Shown: positions 62,960 through 64,000 of the stretch, piece after piece
How the letters are laid out: every line of letters begins with the position of its first letter
Numbering within the stretch: the stretch's first letter is position 1
From: Hemiscyllium ocellatum
Lineage: Eukaryota
DNA: 64,000 nucleotides
Reading direction: 5' to 3'
NCBI RefSeq assembly: GCF_020745735.1
Contig: NC_083410.1
Coordinates: forward strand, 111,872,080-111,936,079
Made by a program: the position numbers and the translations under genes
The notes under the pieces: generated by a model
Database searches by the model: none
The model's input: the letters and a program-made list of their open reading frames with translations, nothing else
What the model was told of the DNA's origin: nothing

Positions 62960-64000
62960 TCCCCCTCCATTCCCCCTCTCCCCCCCCCCCCTTTCCCCAT
63001 CTCCCCCCCCTTTCCCCATCTCCCCCCCCTTTCCCCATCTCCCCCCCTTTCCCCATCTCCCCCCCCTTTCCCCATCTCCCCCCCCTTTCCCCATCTCCCC
63101 CCCCTTTCCCCATCTCCCCCCCCCTTTCCCCATCTCCCCCCCATTCCCCATCTCCCCCCCATTCCCCATCTCCCCCCCATTCCCCATCTCCCCCCCCATT
63201 CCCCATCTCCCCCCCTTTCCCCATCTCCCCCCCTTTCCCCATCTCCCCCCCTTTCCCCATCTCCCCCCCTTTCCCCATCTCCCCCCCTTTCCCCATCTCC
63301 CCCCCTTTCCCCATCTCCCCCCCTTCCCCATCTCCCCCCCTTTCCCCATCTCCCCCCCTTTCCCCATCTCCCCCCCTTTCCCCATCTCCCCCCCTTTCCC
63401 CATCTCCCCCCCTTTCCCCATCTCCCCCCCTTTCCCCATCTCCCCCCCTTTCCCCATCTCCCCCCCTTTCCCCATCTCCCCCCCTTTCCCCATCTCCCCC
63501 CCTTTCCCCATCTCCCCCCCTTTCCCCATCTCCCCCCCTTTCCCCATCTCCCCCCCTTTCCCCATCTCCCCCCCTTTCCCCATCTCCCCCCCTTTCCCCA
63601 TCTCCCCCCCTTTCCCCATCTCCCCCCCTTTCCCCATCTCCCCCCCTTTCCCCATCTCCCCCCCTTTCCCCATCTCCCCCCCTTTCCCCATCTCCCCCCC
63701 TTTCCCCATCTCCCCCCCTTTCCCCATCTCCCCCCCTTTCCCCATCTCCCCCCCTTTCCCCATCTCCCCCCCTTTCCCCATCTCCCCCCCTTTCCCCATC
63801 TCCCCCCCTTTCCCCATCTCCCCCCCCTTTCCCCATCTCCCCCCCCTTTCCCCATCTCCCCCCCCTTCCCCATCTCCCCCCCCCCCCCCCCCTTTCCCCA
63901 TTTTCCCCACCCACCCCCCCCCTTTCCCCACCTTCCCCACCCACCCCCCCCCTTTCCCCACCTTCCCACCCCCCCCCCCCTTTCCCCACCTTCCCCACCC
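62960..64000. repeat. C-rich pyrimidine tandem repeat (about 18 bp, CCCCATCTCCCCCCCTTT) in RAB1A intron 1
   Basis: Directly visible; runs to the window end. Confidence 0.95.

Noticed and set aside
62414-63998. Gly-rich minus-strand ORFs
   Set aside because: They come from a low-complexity repeat that is open in all three frames.

Overview
Vertebrate genomic DNA, almost certainly from a shark or other elasmobranch (HE1-type V-SINEs, dense CR1 LINEs, Penelope-like elements, 33-bp minisatellite). There are three protein-coding loci. (1) ACTR2 exon 1 lies on the minus strand (4742-4789). (2) A complete 10-exon, 295-aa glycosylasparaginase (AGA)-like Ntn-hydrolase gene lies on the plus strand (5351-51142), head-to-head with ACTR2 across a ~560-bp GC-rich interval. 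It has no signal peptide, a GC-AG intron and a 16-nt micro-exon. (3) RAB1A exon 1 lies on the plus strand (62589-62611). Most of the rest is retroelement-derived. The most notable non-genic signal is a dispersed set of minimal hammerhead-ribozyme motifs carried by several Penelope-like families and short non-autonomous derivatives. One copy is a near-perfect palindrome with back-to-back hammerheads inside intron 4 of the AGA-like gene. The long ORFs in the ORF track at 3.5-4.7 kb, 5.3-7.0 kb and 62.4-64 kb are tandem-repeat artefacts. Repeat boundaries are approximate because they were read by eye.
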